A stretch of 61,398 nucleotides of DNA, filler included, from Nemertoderma westbladi (GCA_032718475.1; 3 parts of 3 records of this genome joined end to end with filler, not necessarily neighbours in it), one strand, 5' to 3'; positions 24,201-37,600 are shown, counted from the first letter of the whole stretch. Numbers and translations: made by a program. The notes: a model not told the origin generated them from the letters alone.

Positions 24201-27200
24201 GGTACAATAACCAACCCTAAAACAGAATGAGTTAGGTATAAGGTACAACAACCAACCCTAAAACAGAATGAGTTAGGTATAAGGTACAATAACCAACCCT
24301 AAAACAGAATGAGTTAGGTATAAGGTACAACAACCAACCCTAAAACAGAATGAGTTAGGTACAAGGTACAACAACCAACCCTAAAACAGAATAAGTTAGG
24401 CATAAGGTACAATAACCAAAACCAACCCTAAAACAGAATGAGTTAGGTATAAGGTACAACAACCAACCCTAAAACAGAACGAGTTAGGTATAAGGTACAA
24501 CAACCAACCCTAAAACAGAATGAGTTAGGTATAAGGTACAACAACCAACCCTAAAACAGAATGAGTTAGGTAAGGTACAATAACCAACCCTAAAACAGAA
24601 TGAGTTAGGTATAAGGTACAATAACCAACACTAAAACAGAATGAGTTAGGTATAAGGTACAACAACCAACCCTAAAACAGAATAAGTTAGGTATAAGGTA
24701 CAACAACCAACCCTAAAACAGAATGAGTTAGGTATAAGGTACAATAACCAACCCTAAAACAGAATGAGTTAGGTATAAGGTACAACAACCAACCCTAAAA
24801 CAGAATGAGTTAGGTATAAGGTACAACAACCAACCCTAAAACAGAATGAGTTAGGTATAAGGTACAACAACCAACCCTAAAACAGAATGAGTTAGGTATA
24901 AGGTACAACAACCAACCCTAAAACAGAATGAGTTAGGTATAAGGTACAACAACCAACCCTAAAACAGAATGAGTTAGGTATAAGGTACAATAACCAACCG
25001 AAAACATAATGAGTTAGGCATAAGGTACAATAACCAACCCTTAAACAGAATGAGTTAGGTATAAGGTACAATAACCAACCCTCAAACAGAATGAGTTAGG
25101 TATAAGGTACAACAACCAACCCTAAAACAGAATGAGTTAGGTATAAGGTACAACAACCAACCCTAAAACAGAATGAGTTAGGTATAAGGTACAACAACCA
25201 ACCCTAAAACAGAATGAGTTAGGTATAAGGTACAACAACCAACCCTAAAACAGAATGAGTTAGGTATAAGATACAACAACCAACCCTAAAACAGAATGAG
25301 TTAGGGATAAGGTACAATAACCAACCCTAAAACAGAATGATTTAGGTATAAGGTACAATAACCAACCCTAAAACAGAATGAGTTAGGTATAAGGTACAAT
25401 AACCAACCCTAAAACATAATGAGTTAGGTATAAGGTACAACAACCAACCCTAAAACAGAATAAGTTAGGCATAAGGTACAATAACCAAAACCAACCCTAA
25501 AACAGAATGAGTTAGGTACAAGGTACAACAACCAACCCTAAAACAGAATAAGTTAGGCATAAGGTACAATAACCAAAACCAACCCTAAAACAGAATGAGT
25601 TAGGTACAAGGTACAACAACCAACCCTACAACATAATGAGTTAGGCATAAGGTACAATAACCAACCCTTAAACAGAATGAGTTAGGTATAAGGTACAACA
25701 ACCAACCCTAAAACAGAATGAGTTAGGTACAAGGTACAACAACCAACCCTTAAACAGAATGAGTTAGGTATAAGGTACAACAACCAACCCTAAAACAGAA
25801 TGAGTTAGGTATAAGGTACAACAACCAACCCTAAAACAGAATAAGTTAGGCATAAGGTACAATAACCAAAACCAACCCTAAAACAGAATGAGTTAGGTAC
25901 AAGGTACAACAACCAACCCTAAAACATAATGAGTTAGGCATAAGGTACAATAACCAACCCTTAAACAGAATGAGTTAGGTATAAGGTACAACAACCAACC
26001 CTAAAACAGAATGAGTTAGGTATAAGGTACAATAACCAACCCTAAAACAGAATGAGTTAGGTATAAGGTACAACAACCAACCCTAAAACAGAATGAGTTA
26101 GGTATAAGGTACAACAACCAACCCTAAAACAGAATGAGTTAGGTATAAGGTACAATAACCAACCCTAAAACAGAATGAGTTAGGTATAAGATACAATAAC
26201 CAACCCTAAAACAGAATGAGTTAGGTATAAGGTACAACAACCAACCCTAAAACAGAATGAGTTAGGTATAAGGTACAATAACCAACCCTAAAACAGAATG
26301 AGTTAGGTATAAGGTACAATAACCAACCCTAAAACAGAATGAGTTAGGGATAAGGTACAATAACCAACCCTAAAACAGAATGAGTTAGGTATAAGGTACA
26401 ACAACCAACCCTAAAACAGAATGAGTTAGGTATAAGGTACAACAACCAACCCTAAAACAGAATGAGTTAGGTATAAGGTACAATAACCAACCCTAAAACA
26501 GAATGAGTTAGGGATAAGGTACAATAACCAACCCTAAAACAGAATGATTTAGGTATAAGGTACAATAACCAACCCTAAAACAGAATGAGTTAGGTATAAG
26601 GTACAATAACCAACCCTAAAACAGAATGAGTTAGGTATAAGGTACAATAACCAACCCTAAAACAGAATGAGTTAGGTATAAGGTACAATAACCAACCCTA
26701 AAACAGAATGATTTAGGTATAAGGTACAATAACCAACCCTAAAACAGAATGAGTTAGGTATAAGGTACAATAACCAACCCTAAAACAGAATGAGTTAGGT
26801 ATAACGTACAATAACCAACCCTAAAACAGAATGAGTTAGGTATAAGGTACAATAACCAACCCTAAAACAGAATGAGTTAGGTATAAGGTACAATAACCAA
26901 CCCTAAAACAGAATGAGTTAGGTATAAGGTACAACAACCAACCCTAAAACAGAATGAGTTAGGCATAAGGTACAATAACCAACCCTAAAACAGAATGAGT
27001 TAGGTATAAGGTACAATAACCAACCCTAAAACAGAATGAGTTAGGTATAAGGTACAATAACCAACCCTAAAACAGAATGAGTTAGGTATAAGGTACAATA
27101 ACCAACCCTAAAACAGAATGAGTTAGGTATAAGGTACAATAACCAACCCTAAAACAGAATGAGTTAGGTATAAGGTACAACAACCAACCCTAAAACAGAA

Positions 27201-30200
27201 TGAGTTAGGTATAAGGTACAATAACCAACCCTAAAACAGAATGAGTTAGGTATAAGGTACAATAACCAACCCTAAAACAGAATGAGTTAGGTATAAGGTA
27301 CAATAACCAACCCTAAAACAGAATGAGTTAGGTATAAGGTACAATAACCAACCCTAAAACAGAATGAGTTAGGTATAAGGTACAACAACCAACCCTAAAA
27401 CAGAATGAGTTAGGCATAAGGTACAATAACCAACCCTAAAACAGAATGAGTTAGGTATAAGGTACAATAACCAACCCTAAAACAGAATGAGTTAGGTATA
27501 AGGTACAATAACCAACCCTAAAACAGAATGAGTTAGGTATAAGGTACAATAACCAACCCTAAAACAGAATGAGTTAGGTATAAGGTACAATAACCAACCC
27601 TAAAACAGAATGAGTTAGGTATAAGGTACAACAACCAACCCTAAAACAGAATGAGTTAGGTATAAGGTACAATAACCAACCCTAAAACAGAATGAGTTAG
27701 GTATAAGGTACAATAACCAACCCTAAAACAGAATGAGTTAGGTATAAGGTACAATAACCAACCCTAAAACAGAATGAGTTAGGTATAAGGTACAATAACC
27801 AACCCTAAAACAGAATGAGTTAGGTATAAGGTACAATAACCAACCCTAAAACAGAATGAGTTAGGTATAAGGTACAACAACCAACCCTAAAACAGAATGC
27901 AGTTAGGGATAAGGTACAATAACCAACCCTAAAACAGAATGAGTTAGGTATAAGGTACAACAACCAACCCTAAAACAGAATGAGTTAGGTATAAGGTACA
28001 ATAACCAACCCTAAAACAGAATGAGTTAGGTATAAGGTACAATAACCAACCCTAAAACAGAATGAGTTAGGTATAAGGTACAACAACCAACCCTAAAACA
28101 GAATGAGTTAGGTATAAGGTACAATAACCAACCCTAAAACAGAATGAGTTAGGTATAAGGTACAACAACCAACCCTAAAACAGAATGAGTTAGGTAAGGT
28201 ACAATAACCAACCCTAAAACAGAATGAGTTAGGTATAAGGTACAATAACCAACCCTAAAACAGAATGAGTTAGGTATAAGGTACAACAACCAACCCTAAA
28301 ACAGAATGAGTTAGGTATAAGGTACAATCCAACCAACCCTAAAACAGAATGAGTTAGGTATAAGGTACAACAACCAACCCTAAAACAGAATGAGTTAGGT
28401 ATAAGGTACAATAACCAACCCTAAAACAGAATGAGTTAGGTATAAGGTACAACAACCAACCCTAAAACAGAATGAGTTAGGTATAAGGTACAATAACCAA
28501 CCCTAAAACAGAATGAGTTAGGTATAAGGTACAACAACCAACCCTAAAACAGAATGAGTTAGGTATAAGGTACAACAACCAACCCTAAAACAGAATGAGT
28601 TAGGTATAAGGTACAACAACCAACCCTAAAACAGAATGAGTTAGGTATAAGGTACAACAACCAACCCTAAAACAGAATGAGTTAGGTATAAGGTACAATC
28701 AACCAACCCTAAAACAGAATGAGTTAGGTATAAGGTACAACAACCAACCCTAAAACAGAATGAGTTAGGTATAAGGTACAATAACCAACCCTAAAACAGA
28801 ATGAGTTAGGTATAAGGTACAACAACCAACCCTAAAACAGAATGAGTTAGGTATAAGGTACAATAACCAACCCTAAAACAGAATGAGTTAGGTATAAGGT
28901 ACAACAACCAACCCTAAAACAGAATGAGTTAGGTATAAGGTACAATAACCAACCCTAAAACAGAATGAGTTAGGTATAAGGTACAACAACCAACCCTAAA
29001 ACAGAATGAGTTAGGTATAAGGTACAATAACCAACCCTAAAACAGAATGAGTTAGGTATAAGGTACAACAACCAACCCTAAAACAGAATGAGTTAGGTAT
29101 AAGGTACAACAACCAACCCTAAAACAGAATGAGTTAGGTATAAGGTACAACAACCAACCCTAAAACAGAATGAGTTAGGTATAAGGTACAACAACCAACC
29201 CTAAAACAGAATGAGTTAGGTATAAGGTACAACAACCAACCCTAAAACAGAATGAGTTAGGTATAAGGTACAATAACCAACCCTAAAACAGAATGAGTTA
29301 GGTATAAGGTACAACAACCAACCCTAAAACAGAATGAGTTAGGTATAAGGTACAATAACCAACCCTAAAACAGAATGAGTTAGGTATAAGGTACAACAAC
29401 CAACCCTAAAACAGAATGAGTTAGGTATAAGGTACAATAACCAACCCTAAAACAGAATGAGTTAGGTATAAGGTACAACAACCAACCCTAAAACAGAATG
29501 AGTTAGGTATAAGGTACAACAACCAACCCTAAAACAGAATGAGTTAGGTATAAGGTACAACAACCAACCCTAAAACAGAATGAGTTAGGTATAAGGTACA
29601 ATAACCAACCCTAAAACAGAATGAGTTAGGTATAAGGTACAATAACCAACCCTAAAACAGAATGAGTTAGGTATAAGGTACAACAACCAACCCTAAAACA
29701 GAATGAGTTAGGTATAAGGTACAACAACCAACCCTAAAACAGAATGAGTTAGGTATAAGGTACAATAACCAACCCTAAAACAGAATGAGTTAGGTATAAG
29801 GTACAACAACCAACCCTAAAACAGAATGAGTTAGGTATAAGGTACAATAACCAACCCTAAAACAGAATGAGTTAGGTATAAGGTACAACAACCAACCCTA
29901 AAACAGAATGAGTTAGGTATAAGGTACAATAACCAACCCTAAAACAGAATGAGTTAGGTATAAGGTACAATAACCAACCCTAAAACAGAATGAGTTAGGT
30001 ATAAGGTACAATAACCAACCCTAAAACAGAATGAGTTAGGTATAAGGTACAACAACCAACCCTAAAACAGAATGAGTTAGGTATAAGGTACAATAACCAA
30101 CCCTAAAACAGAATGAGTTAGGTATAAGGTACAACAACCAACCCTAAAACAGAATGAGTTAGGTATAAGGTACAACAACCAACCCTAAAACAGAATGAGT

Positions 30201-30966
30201 TAGGTATAAGGTACAACAACCAACCCTAAAACAGAATGAGTTAGGTATAAGGTACAACAACCAACCCTAAAACAGAATGAGTTAGGTATAAGGTACAACA
30301 ACCAACCCTAAAACAGAATGAGTTAGGTATAAGGTACAATAACCAACCCTAAAACAGAATGAGTTAGGTATAAGGTACAATAACCAACCCTAAAACAGAA
30401 TGAGTTAGGTATAAGGTACAATAACCAACCCTAAAACAGAATGAGTTAGGTATAAGGTACAACAACCAACCCTAAAACAGAATGAGTTAGGTATAAGGTA
30501 CAATAACCAACCCTAAAACAGAATGAGTTAGGTATAAGGTACAATAACCAACCCTAAAACAGAATGAGTTAGGTATAAGGTACAACAACCAACCCTAAAA
30601 CAGAATGAGTTAGGTATAAGGTACAATAACCAACCCTAAAACAGAATGAGTTAGGTATAAGGTACAATAACCAACCCTAAAACAGAATGAGTTAGGTATA
30701 AGGTACAACAACCAACCCTAAAACAGAATGAGTTAGGTATAAGGTACAACAACCAACCCTAAAACAGAATGAGTTAGGTATAAGGTACAACAACCAACCC
30801 TAAAACAGAATGAGTTAGGTATAAGGTACAATAACCAACCCTAAAACAGAATGAGTTAGGTATAAGGTACAACAACCAACCCTAAAACAGAATGAGTTAG
30901 GTATAAGGTACAACAACCAACCCTAAAACAGAATGAGTTAGGTATAAGGTACAACAACCAACCCTA
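21215..30966. repeat. Satellite B: 41-bp unit AAGGTACAA(T/C)AACCAACCCTAAAACAGAATGAGTTAGGTAT, ~237 copies, inside an AK8 intron
   Basis: Homogeneous tandem array, ~9750 bp / 41. Degenerate units at 20520-20600 overlap the exon boundary. Confidence 0.98.
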
Positions 30967-31202
30967 CATTTAAAAATATTTCATAAAATACTCCAAGATA
31001 CTATGATAAAAAAAAGTAGCACTTTCTTTAGACTTTACTTATGTTAACATCACTTTCGGGGTGCCCGATTGTTTCTACTCTACTGGCAGAGCGACGCGAG
31101 ACAAGTAAAATAAAGTGCTGTTCTCGAATAAAATGTAGGTGAATAATAAGTCATTTATAAAGTGAAATCTATATACTACAGAACTAATGTAGATTAACCC
31201 AC

Positions 31203-31385
31203 TCGCTTTACGCAATCGTCGCATTCAATTCGATTTTTAACAAGATCAGCCCAAACTTCGGGTGGAACTTCTTTGCCGCTCTCAATAAGTTCCTTCGCAT
31301 CCTCTCCGGTATCAGTGGCATCGTCCGCCAAGATTGTCTCCCGTGTAAGGTAAACAGTTCGCAATCGTTTACATATAAGTCGAGA
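31203..31385 (-). CDS. AK8: AK8-like exon, phase 0-0 (not in the ORF track)
   Basis: gacag|TCT... 183 nt encodes SRLICKRLRTVYLTRETILADD...KEVPPEVWADLVKNRIECDDCVKR, then |gtgggt. Joins in frame to GWLLDG (compare recalled AK8 ...EEDCIKQ-GWILDG). Confidence 0.88.
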
Positions 31386-31767
31386 CTGTCATAAAATTAA
31401 AATATATAAGTCAGATAATACTATAATATTTATTATACCAGAATAAATTGAGGGCAAATAAATATACGAAAATAAAAAAACGTACCGTAGTTGTTGGCAA
31501 AAAATTTATTTTTTATATTGGAAAATTATTGTAACAAATTACGAACCGATCAGTCGAGTAAAAAAGGGTGAAACTCGGACAAATTGCAAATTAAGTTAAT
31601 TGGGGGAGGGGGGGGGGGGGGGGGGGGGCAAGCAACGGCACCCCCAAATGTAACCTCACGTCTGGACCTTAAAATTGGGAGGAAATTATTTGTTGTGCTA
31701 CTAAACATCTCTTATGTTGTTTAAGAATATATAGCCATACAAAATTGCCATTGGCCCCAAAATGGCT

Positions 31768-31867
31768 NNNNNNNNNNNNNNNNNNNNNNNNNNNNNNNNN
31801 NNNNNNNNNNNTTAATTAATTAANNNNNNNNNNNNNNNNNNNNNNNNNNNNNNNNNNNNNNNNNNNN
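31768..31867. other. Assembly gap with artificial TTAATTAATTAA linker
   Basis: N-run, then ttaattaattaa, then N-run; the second gap has the same structure. Confidence 0.95.
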
Positions 31868-32207
31868 TCACAAATCTAGTGGTACGAGACTTATGTCCAG
31901 CTAAAGACGATTTAAACTTACTTTCCGTCTTACCATCTGGTACACCAACTCTCCTTATTACCTCGAGTGTTCTAATTGAGGGATTGAAACCAAATATCTT
32001 TATGGCTTCTTGGATGTTGTATCCAGGTTCATTGGTATTGGAGGCAGGATCTGGAACAGACGCAAGCTCACTTACTGCCCCTTGCAAAGATACCTCATTG
32101 ACCTGAGTAGGATTAATTTCATCCAGATCCAGAACAGTCTGATCTAAATCTACTGAAGATTCACTACTCACCCTGGATTTAGATTGAAAGGAATTATTTT
32201 GGGCCAT
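31868..32207 (-). CDS. Gap-truncated ORF N-terminus, possibly retrotransposon Gag-like
   Basis: ORF from ATG 32207 runs into the gap. SLAGHKSRTTR loosely recalls BEL/Pao Gag N-termini. Weak support. Confidence 0.3.
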
Positions 32208-34656
32208 CTCTAAGCAACTACGTACTGTTGAAACAGGTCTACCTAGATTTGTAATTAAGGAATGAAATTAAAACAAAGAACTGGCAGACTGGGATTCCCT
32301 CAAATTTCAGTCTTGGCGTTGTGTATCAGCCTAATTCTTTACTACACTATTTCATTGAGGCACCCGTATGTACTTGCAATAATAGTCCTGTCCTGATAAT
32401 AAAATGTTACTCCAGAACGCCAGCAGCCTAGTTAACAATGCAGTAGTAATACTGGTATTTTAATAGAAACACTACAATACAGATATAACAATTGCAGAAA
32501 ACTGGTTTATGACACCACGGTTATGAATATGAATGTACTGATACTGATATATGCTTAGCCTATCTATAAATAAATAAATCTATATATATATATATATAGC
32601 CTAGGCTTAATATGTTACAGATAAAGGTACCGGTATAGGCTTAAGGTTACAGATATAAAGTACCTACCGGCGGCATAAGCGTAATAATATAAGCGTATTT
32701 AATAAATGTATATATATCTGTATATGTACCGCTATAGACTTAATGTTACAGATATAAGGTAGGCCTATAGGCTTAATATTTAATTCAGCACCTGTCAGCC
32801 TGTGTACTGTTACTGTACATTAAGCCTAGATAATATTAATTTAAATATAAATTAGATCAGTGAATTTTTTAGTACCGGTATTTTAATATTTGGCAATATC
32901 AGAATATAGGCTAAATTTTATTTTCCACTTTTATTTTGTTATAAAATAAAGCATAGTAACCGGTATCATTGATCATTAATGCTTTATTTGATTAATTTAC
33001 TTGGACCGGTATTCAACAATTAATTTTTAAATAAAATATAAAAATATAAATCTAAGAACAGAAGAATAGGTACACATTCAGACATTTCATTCATTACACA
33101 GATGTACGAGTCAGGGTTTAATTTAACAACACTGTGGCGTCACTGGCCGAAAACCAGTCAAGATAAAACAGTAACTGGCGTCAAGTATGTGCGTTAAACT
33201 TATAAGTACTGGTACAAAGGTTGATTTGTTTATTACAACCCGGAAATTATAATTTCCGTCTGTCTGTGTGTGGAAATTGTGTTTAGTGCTACCTGCAGAC
33301 CTAATAAACGACTGAGAACTGACGTCAGTTTGGTTAAAACCGTATACCAGACAAGAATAAAATATCCAGCTGGCGTCGATTGTGGCTAAAGCCGTATGTC
33401 AATTCTGAGGTCGGTGTGACAGTGTAATAGGCTAGTCCTGTAGTCTGTCTCCTATACCAAGTCAGGGGCGGACATCAAGTTTGGGTAAAACCGTAAACCA
33501 GTCAGGACAAGGCAGTAACTGGCGTCGAGTTTGGCAAAGGCCGTAAATCCGTCCAATTGTTGGTAGAGAAGGCCTACCGGTAATAGTAATCAGGTAATTG
33601 CGTCCTGTAATTAATTTAATTATATAAGAAATATAATGAACATTAAAATGAATATTGCAATGAATATTACTATGAATATTACTGTAGCGGCTAAAGGATA
33701 GCAGTGAGCTCATCCGTACAATAAACCGGAAACACCCTGCCGCTAAAAGACTTTCGGGCTTTTGATATCACGCAGTTTGCCAGTGACGCTGCACTGCATT
33801 CACACCAGTCTGACAGTCGGTAACAGGACAGACAGATGACACACAGATAAACTAACACAGTCATACATAAGACACTGAGACAGACACTAACAGACAAACT
33901 CACCAACCGAATGTGCTGGACACCTTTGAATGCGAGTTACCTGGTTGCAAGTGCACTGCAACTTACATTAGGCATAAAGCACACACGCAGAAACCCCTAG
34001 GATCCAACGTGTGTAAGCTATGACAGCCTCACCAACGTCGCTTGCGAAAGGATGGATGGGGATGCGAGGCAAGGAAAACGCAGGTCCTGTTAAGATTCTC
34101 GGTCCGTCTCCATATTAATACAATGAACAGATGAATGATAAATAATAATCACCGGATCGGAATCACTGATAAAACTGGTTAAATCTGTTAATGGCTAATT
34201 GACTAACTGGCAACTGGCAACTGACAACTGACAACTGGTAATATTCATAGGACTCTTCGCCCAAAAGTGGGTGTCCGGGAGGACGCAAAATAACAGTACC
34301 GGTACCGGTAATAAGATAAGACTGTAAGATACAGTAACTAAAGCACTGCAGCACTGTGACTAAAAGGTAAGTAAAAGAGCCTAGCTCCCATCACCATTGT
34401 ATATCACTGAAAGGCTAACAGCCAATCAGAAACAAGCACCTGGCATTACAACTAGGGCCATTAAATTATGACACTTACATCAGTATACTGAATAGATTTA
34501 ACATGTTACACTTATCTGTACTTACAATAATTTTGGTTGGGGGTAGAATGCGTATTGGCGCTTACAGTGGCACCTCCTTTATGCTGCATGGAGGTGGCAA
34601 GTTTTCTTGATCAATGACCTAGGATACCTGACCTGACCTGACTGTGAGCAGCAGTT

Positions 34657-37600
34657 CTATAAATCTAGTCCATCACTGTGAAGTTTGTCAAGGATAGCCG
34701 CCTCAAAATGCTCTGCATCTTTTTTCCCATGTATCTCCACGAAATCAATGAACACTTCTTTAATAGTGGCTTTCTTTGTTTCGTAATCAATATCGACAAA
34801 CCGTAGTACTTCAGACAACTGTTCCTTGTGTGAAACATCCGGAGTTGTGTCAAACATCATTCCGTAATACTGTTCAGTTTTTATCTTGTTTATAATCGAT
34901 GAACGTACCTCGCTACCGAACAGTTTAATGACTTCATTTTGTATTTGTGTAGATAGAAATGACGTTGCAAAGGGATGACTTTTGACATACTCTAGGTCTA
35001 GGTGTTCTCTCATGACATTGTCATAGCGACTCAGCAACTTCACAAGAGCTAAAATGTTTCCTGGGTTCTCGATTGAATCAACATCTTCTCTATGGCCATG
35101 AAAAGATAGATTTTGCATTGCCCAAGTTTTCATACAGTCCATTAATCTTTTCAAAATTTACCTCCATCTCGCCTTTGATGCTTCCAACTGAGAAAGGGTC
35201 TCATCTTGGATTGTTTTGCCTTCGTTAAGACGTCGTTCTAGTTCCTTCCACTTCAGAAATGCTTCTACATGACATTTCCCATTTTCATGCTCTGGAATCT
35301 TTTCATTCAGTTTTTTCCAATTGTTGAAGCCACTGGGAAATTGAAACACATTCCGTCTGTTTTCACTGCAAGTTGAACATAACAGACAACAGAAACAAAA
35401 GGCAGCGTCCTGTTTCGGTGAATATAGTAACCATTTTCTAGGCACAGTGCATCCCGTGGGGAAACAATTGTCTTTTGAAACCAAAAGTTCGTGAAGCACC
35501 TATTTTGGATTATTTTGAATGGCCCAGTTTTTTTTTCAAACTCTTCCGATGCAAGTTGAACCATTCGAATTCGTGGACGGTACAGTGAAGTGGCACTGGT
35601 TGCCACGGAAGAAGTAGCGCTGGTTGCCACAGTGGCAGTGGCACTGGTTGCCACGGTAGAAGTAGCGCTGGTTGCCACAGTGGCAGTGGCACTGGGTGTC
35701 ACGGTAGAAGTAGCGCTGGTTGCCACAGTGGCAGTGGCACTGGTTGCCACGGTAGAAGTAGCGCTGGTTGCCACAGTGGCAGTGGCACTGCTGGTTGCCA
35801 CTATAGAAGTAGCGCTGGTTGCCACAGTGGCAGTGGCACTGGGTGTCACGGTAGAAGTAGCGCTGGTTGCCACGTTGGCAGTGGCACTGGTTGCCACAGT
35901 GGCAGTGGCACTGGTTGCCGCAGTGGAAGTAGCGCTGGTTGCCACAGTGGCAGTGGCACTGGTTGCCGCAGTGGAAGTAGCGCTGGTTGCCACAGTAGCA
36001 GTGGCACTGGGTGCCACGGTAGAAGTAGAGCTGGTTGCCACAGTAGCAGTGGCACTGGTTGCCACGGTAGAAGTAGCGCTGGTTGCCACAGTGGCAGTGG
36101 CGCTGGTTGCTACGGTAGAAGTAGCGCTGGTTGCCACAGTGGCAGTGGCATTGGTTGCCACGGTAGAAGTGGCGCTGGTTGCCACAGTGGAAGTGGCACT
36201 GGTTGCCACAGTGGCAGTGGCACTGGTTGCCGCAGTAGAAGTAGCGCTGGGTGCCACAGTAGCAGTGGCACTGCTGGTTGCCACTATAGAAGTAGCGCTG
36301 GTTGCCACAGTGGCAGTGGCGCTGGTTGCTACGGTAGAAGTAGCGCTGGTTGCCACAGTGGAAGTGGCGCTGGTTGCCACAGTGGCAGTGGCACTGCTGG
36401 TTGCCACTATAGAAGTAGCGCTGGTTGCCACAGTGGCAGTGGCACTGGGTGTCACGGTAGAAGTAGCGCTGGTTGCCACGTTGGCAGTGGCACTGGTTGC
36501 CACAGTGGCAGTGGCACTCGTTGCCGCAGTGGAAGTGGCGCTGGTTGCCACAGTGGCAGTGGCACTGCTGGTTGCCACTATAGAAGTAGCGCTGGTTGCC
36601 ACAGTAGCAGTGGCACTGCTGGTTGCCACTATAGAAGTAGCGCTGGTTGCCACAGTGGCAGTGGCACTGCTGGTTGCCACTATAGAAGTAGCGCTGGTTG
36701 CCACAGTGGCAGTGGCACTGGGTGTCACGGTAGAAGTAGCGCTGGTTGCCACGTTGGCAGTGGCACTGGTTGCCACAGTGGCAGTGGCACTGCTGGTTGC
36801 CACTATAGAAGTAGCGCTGGTTGCCACAGTGGCAGTGGCGCTGGTTGCTACGGTAGAAGTAGCGCTGGTTGCCACAGTGGAAGTGGCGCTGGTTGCCACA
36901 GTGGCAGTGGCACTGCTGGTTGCCACTATAGAAGTAGCGCTGGTTGCCACAGTGGCAGTGGCGCTGGTTGCTACGGTAGAAGTAGCGCTGGTTGCCACAG
37001 TGGCAGTGGCATTGGTTGCCACGGTAGAAGTGGCGCTGGTTGCCACAGTGGCAGTGGCACTGGTTGCCGCAGTGGAAGTGGCACTGGTTGCCACAGTGGC
37101 AGTGGCACTGGTTGCCACGGTAGAAGTAGCGCTGGTTGCCACAGTGGCAGTGGCACTGGTTGACGCAGTGGCAGTGGCACTGGTTGCCACAGTGGAAGTG
37201 GCACTGGTTGCCACGGTAGAAGTAGCGCTGGTTGCCACAGTGGAAGTGGCACTGGTTGCCGCTGTGGCACTGGCACTGGTTGCCACAGTGGCAGTGGCAC
37301 TGGTTGCCGCAGTAGAAGTAGCGCTGGTTGCCACAGTAGCAGTGGCGCCGGTTGCCACAGTGGCAGTGGCACTGGGTGTCACGGTAGAAGTAGCGCTGGT
37401 TGCCGCAGTAGAAGTAGCGCTGGTTGCCACAGTAGCAGTGGCGCCGGTTGCCACAGTGGCAGTGGCACTGGGTGTCACGGTAGAAGTAGCGCTGGTTGCC
37501 ACAGTGGCAGTGGCACTGGGTGTCACGGTAGAAGTAGCGCTGGTTGCCACAGTGGAAGTGGCACTGGTTGCCGCAGTGGCAGTGGCACTGGTTGCCACGG

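Noticed and set aside
11937-30966. Satellites as CRISPR arrays
   Set aside because: Head-to-tail units with no unique spacers, no cas genes, and a eukaryotic context.
31812-31823. TTAATTAATTAA motif
   Set aside because: Identical in both gaps and flanked by Ns; a scaffolding linker.
34163-34354. ILRPPGHPLLGEE as the AK8 N-terminal exon
   Set aside because: Similarity is too weak, with no convincing start codon or splice sites.
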